Of a stretch of 39,408 nt of DNA, positions 36,012 to 39,408 are shown piece by piece. Under the pieces are notes generated by a model. It worked only from the letters and a program-made list of their open reading frames with translations. It had not been told where the DNA came from and made no database searches. The stretch is from a virus (lineage: Duplodnaviria > Caudoviricetes): IMG/VR virus record IMGVR_UViG_3300023174_000335, positions 1 through 39,408 of that record. One strand, given 5' to 3'. Positions within the stretch are counted from its first letter, which is position 1. Each line of letters begins with the position of its first letter. A program made the translations under genes and the position numbers.

Positions 36012-37021
36012 CAAATCTGTTTAAACGTGTGGCCCTATTCACAGACATACACTTTGGACTTAAAAGTAACAGTGCCACCCACAATCAAGACTGTGAAGAT
36101 TTTGTAGATTGGTACATTAGCAAAGCAAAGGAGTTAGATTGCGATGTTGGGATTTTTATGGGTGATTGGCATCATAACCGTAATAGTCTTAATATTACGA
36201 CCATGGATTATAGTCTTAGAGCCTTGGAAAAACTGGGGCAAGCCTTTGATCGTTTTTATTTTTTTCCTGGCAATCATGACTTATACTACAAAGACAAACG
36301 CGATATTCATAGCGTAGAATTTGGCAAGTACATTCCTGGAATCACTGTTGTACATAAGCCCATGACAGTGGGCAATGTGACCATGTGTCCTTGGCTAGTA
36401 GGCGACGAATGGAAAAGCATAGGTAAAAAGGGTGGCAAATATATCTTTGGTCACTTTGAATTGCCTAGCTTTTTTATGAATGCCATGGTACAGATGCCAG
36501 ATCATGGCGAAATTAAATTAGAACATTTTCAAAATTACGAACTTGGCTTTAGTGGACACTTCCACAAACGTCAACAACAAAAGAATATGATCTATATTGG
36601 CAATGCATTTCCGCACAATTATGCAGATGCTTGGGACGATGATCGTGGCATGTGCGTACTAGAATGGGGAGGGCAACCAGAATATTATAGTTGGCCAGAT
36701 CAACCCACTTTTAGAACTGTCAAACTCAGTGAACTAATTGACAATGGCGCTAAGATTATCAAGCCCAAACAACATCTCAGAGTTACCTTAGACATTGACA
36801 TTAGCTATGAGGAAGCCAGTTTTATTAAAGAAACTTACTTGGCAGACTATGCCATCAGAGAATTAACCTTGATTCCAGAAAAGCGTGAAGTAGAATTGAC
36901 CAGCGACACCGACATTAAGGCATTTGAAAGTGTGGATCAAATTGTGACCAATCAATTAATCAGTGTGGAAAGTGACACTTACGACGTAAACCTTCTATTA
37001 GACATTTATAATAACTTATGA
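36008..37021 (+). CDS. gp47: Recombination endonuclease subunit, Mre11/SbcD-like metallophosphoesterase
   Basis: Motifs FTDIHFG, MGDWHHNR, PGNHD, GHFE, SGHFH and YIG. ATGA-coupled to gp55 and gp46. Confidence 0.92.
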   Translation: MTNLFKRVALFTDIHFGLKSNSATHNQDCEDFVDWYISKAKELDCDVGIFMGDWHHNRNSLNITTMDYSLRALEKLGQAFDRFYFFPGNHDLYYKDKRDIHSVEFGKYIPGITVVHKPMTVGNVTMCPWLVGDEWKSIGKKGGKYIFGHFELPSFFMNAMVQMPDHGEIKLEHFQNYELGFSGHFHKRQQQKNMIYIGNAFPHNYADAWDDDRGMCVLEWGGQPEYYSWPDQPTFRTVKLSELIDNGAKIIKPKQHLRVTLDIDISYEEASFIKETYLADYAIRELTLIPEKREVELTSDTDIKAFESVDQIVTNQLISVESDTYDVNLLLDIYNNL

Positions 37022-38796
37022 TTCGTATTAAAGATTTAACTGTTAAAAATTTCATGAGCGTGGGCAATCAAACCCAAGCAGTAGATTTTTGCAAAGAACA
37101 ACTTACTTTGGTGCTGGGCGAAAACTTGGATCAAGGTGGTGACGACAGTGGCAGTCGCAACGGCACTGGTAAAACTACTATTGTCAATGCACTAAGTTAT
37201 GCTTTGTTTGGACAGGCTCTTACTAACATTAAGAAAGATAACTTAGTCAATAAGACCAATAATAAAAATATGATTGTCACACTGAATTTTGAAAAAAGTG
37301 GTGTGAGCTATAAAATAGAACGTGGTCGCAGACCTAATATCTTTAGATTTTTTATCAATGGAGAAGAACAGGACACTGACAACATTGACGAAAGTCAAGG
37401 TGATGTTAGAGAAACTCAACGTGATTTAGATACACTATTAGGCATGAGTCATGACATGTTCAAACACATTGTGGCACTTAATACCTATACCGAACCATTC
37501 CTCAGTATGCGAGCTGCTGATCAACGAATGATCATTGAACAATTATTGGGTGTTACCTTGCTCAGTGAAAAAAGTGAAAGCTTGAAAGAATTAGTTAGAC
37601 TAACTAAGGAGGAAATTAATCAAGAATCTGCCAACATTGAAGCTACTAAAAAGAGCAACGACCGTATTGAACAAAGCATCACCGGCTTAGAAACCAAACA
37701 ACGAGCATGGCGAAAACAGCAAAAAGACGATTGTGAAAAGGTTGCTGAAAAGATTTTAGAATTGCAAAATATTGACATTGCACAAGAACTGGCACAACAC
37801 GCTCTGTTAAAAAGTTATGATGAATTATCAGCTAAGATTCGAAGTCTCAACAAGGAAAAATCCACTTTAGAAACTGCTGTTGGGCAGGCTGAAAAGTCCG
37901 TGAACAAGTACAAAAAAGAAGTGGAACAACTTGCTGATAAGACTTGTCATGCTTGTCAACAACAATTGTTGGATCATAAACACGGCGAAATGACCGAAAC
38001 TGCCTTGGCTAATTTCAACGAAGCTAAGGAATATTTCAAAAAAACTTCAGCCAGTTTGAAAAAGATTCAAAAAGAAATCAAAGATATTGGCGATATTAAC
38101 GGACGTCCTGAAACATTTTATGACACCGTTGAACAGGCATTGAAACATCAAAACAACTTGACCAGTTTGGAAGAAGCTCTAGTCAAACGTAATGATGATG
38201 TGGATCCTTATCAAGAACAGATTGACGAATTACGCAACACAGCCATACAGGAAGTAAGTTGGGATCATGTTAATCAATTAAACAAACTAAAAGAACATCA
38301 GGAATTTTTACTTAAATTATTGACCAGCAAGGACAGTTTTATTCGTAAGAAAATTATTGATCAAAACTTGGCCTATCTAAATAATAGACTAACTTACTAT
38401 CTAGACAAGATGGGATTGCCACATGTTGTTAGATTTCAAAATGACCTCACTGTGGAAATTACACAGTTAGGACAAGACTTGGACTTTGACAACTTGTCAC
38501 GTGGCGAACGTAATAGATTAATCTTAGGTCTAAGTTGGAGTTTCCGTGATGTATGGGAAAGCTTGTACGATAATATTAATTTATTGTTTATCGATGAGCT
38601 TATTGACAATGGATTAGATGCTAGTGGAGTAGAAGGTGCATTGGCTGTGTTGAAGAAAATGGCACGTGAACGTAACAAAAATATCTACTTGATCAGTCAT
38701 AAGGATGAATTGATTGGCCGTGTAAACAATGTGTTGAAGGTCATTAAAGAAAATGGCTATACTAGCTATGCCAATGATTTGGAGGTAGTTGAATGA
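37018..38796 (+). CDS. gp46: Recombination ATPase subunit, Rad50/SbcC-like SMC protein
   Basis: KNFMS, Walker A NGTGKTT, coiled coils with a central zinc hook CHAC, signature LSRGE, Walker B LLFIDE and H-loop ISH. Confidence 0.93.
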   Translation: MIRIKDLTVKNFMSVGNQTQAVDFCKEQLTLVLGENLDQGGDDSGSRNGTGKTTIVNALSYALFGQALTNIKKDNLVNKTNNKNMIVTLNFEKSGVSYKIERGRRPNIFRFFINGEEQDTDNIDESQGDVRETQRDLDTLLGMSHDMFKHIVALNTYTEPFLSMRAADQRMIIEQLLGVTLLSEKSESLKELVRLTKEEINQESANIEATKKSNDRIEQSITGLETKQRAWRKQQKDDCEKVAEKILELQNIDIAQELAQHALLKSYDELSAKIRSLNKEKSTLETAVGQAEKSVNKYKKEVEQLADKTCHACQQQLLDHKHGEMTETALANFNEAKEYFKKTSASLKKIQKEIKDIGDINGRPETFYDTVEQALKHQNNLTSLEEALVKRNDDVDPYQEQIDELRNTAIQEVSWDHVNQLNKLKEHQEFLLKLLTSKDSFIRKKIIDQNLAYLNNRLTYYLDKMGLPHVVRFQNDLTVEITQLGQDLDFDNLSRGERNRLILGLSWSFRDVWESLYDNINLLFIDELIDNGLDASGVEGALAVLKKMARERNKNIYLISHKDELIGRVNNVLKVIKENGYTSYANDLEVVE

Positions 38797-39047
38797 TTCC
38801 AAGAGATGAAGAGTTACATGACAAATTAATGGAAGCTTTTAGAGAATATTTCAAAGCCAATCAAGCATGGTTGGCCAAAGGCACACGTAGAGCAGGCATG
38901 GATACTAGGCATTGGCTCAGTGAAATCCGTCATTTTGCCATCATGCGAAGACAGGAAATTCAAGTATGGCGTAGGGCAATAGAAAAAGAAAAGGCACAAC
39001 GACAACTTCAAAAGGCACAGGAACAGGCAGAGAAAGACGCTATATAG
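38793..39047 (+). CDS. Small basic helical protein, possibly histone H1-like (Hc1-family) DNA-binding protein, 84 aa
   Basis: ATGA-coupled to gp46. KGTRRAGMDTRHWLSEIRHFAIMRRQEIQ resembles the Hc1-family pattern KGNKAAxxRxRxxxxxxxKxxxxxRKE. Confidence 0.55.
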   Translation: MIPRDEELHDKLMEAFREYFKANQAWLAKGTRRAGMDTRHWLSEIRHFAIMRRQEIQVWRRAIEKEKAQRQLQKAQEQAEKDAI

Positions 39048-39050
39048 TTG

Positions 39051-39408
39051 ATGTCATGGTATTATCAAGATCAACTAGTCACAGAAATCTCAGAAGATTA
39101 CATAGGCTTCGTCTACATCATAACAAATTTAACCACAGATAAAAAATACATAGGCAAAAAACTCGCCAAGTTCGCCAAAACCACCTATAAGGTTGTTAAG
39201 CTGAAAAACGGCACAAAGAAAAGAAAAAGAATTCGAGGCAAAATAGAAAGTGACTGGCAAGAATATTATGGCTCCAACGACGAACTCAACAAAGACGTAT
39301 TAAAATTAGGCAAAGAAAATTTCAGGCGAGAAATTTTATATTACTGCAAGACCAAAAGCGAATGTAGTTACATAGAGGCAAGAGAACAATTTTCAAGGCG
39401 TGTATTAG
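39051..39408 (+). CDS. GIY-YIG endonuclease (Seg/endonuclease II-like), truncated at the window end
   Basis: Absent from the ORF track; translated by hand as MSWYYQDQLVTEISEDYIGFVYIITNLTTDKKYIGKK...SDWQEYYGSNDELNKDVLKLGKENFRREILYYCKTKSECSYIEAREQF. It has the GFVY/YIG motifs, YYGS and a candidate catalytic Glu. Confidence 0.88.
   Translation, partial: MSWYYQDQLVTEISEDYIGFVYIITNLTTDKKYIGKKLAKFAKTTYKVVKLKNGTKKRKRIRGKIESDWQEYYGSNDELNKDVLKLGKENFRREILYYCKTKSECSYIEAREQFSRRVL

Noticed and set aside
38436-39011. Short minus-strand ORFs opposite gp46 and the 84-aa gene
   Set aside because: Antisense shadows of well-supported plus-strand genes.
1-39408. Stop-codon reassignment (alternative genetic code), as seen in some large phages
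   Set aside because: Genes up to 12.7 kb are intact under the standard code, coding density is near complete, and TAA, TGA and TAG all appear as stops at sensible junctions.
1-39408. CRISPR array, tRNA/rRNA genes, IS elements
   Set aside because: No intergenic gap exceeds about 80 nt, and I saw no repeat-spacer pattern, cloverleaf or transposase motifs.

Overview
This AT-rich window comes from a large myovirus-type (T4-superfamily-like, probably jumbo) bacteriophage and has two divergent arms. The minus-strand arm (~35.1 kb to <1) is a tightly packed late operon. It runs: tail-tube-initiator-like protein, LysM/gp53-like protein, hub-like protein, gp5/VgrG-like spike without lysozyme, gp25, an enlarged gp6, a 4,249-aa gp7-like giant wedge protein, three paralogous fibre proteins with a common N-terminus but different tips, and an S/T-rich virion protein. 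It then continues directly into a cluster of GT-A-fold glycosyltransferase-like genes, one of which is split by a ~370-aa insert of tandem carbohydrate-binding-like modules. The plus-strand arm (35.2 kb onward) encodes a gp55-like late sigma factor, gp47/gp46 (Mre11/Rad50), a small Hc1-like basic protein and a truncated GIY-YIG nuclease. An identical ATAAATAT late-promoter motif sits in five intergenic gaps. The 70-bp divergent junction places a near-consensus sigma70 promoter (overlapped by a perfect palindrome) directly against a late promoter. The best candidate for an undescribed system is a late-expressed, tail-linked glycosylation module (possible virion/fibre glycosylation). All product calls come from motif recognition by eye; no database searches were run.
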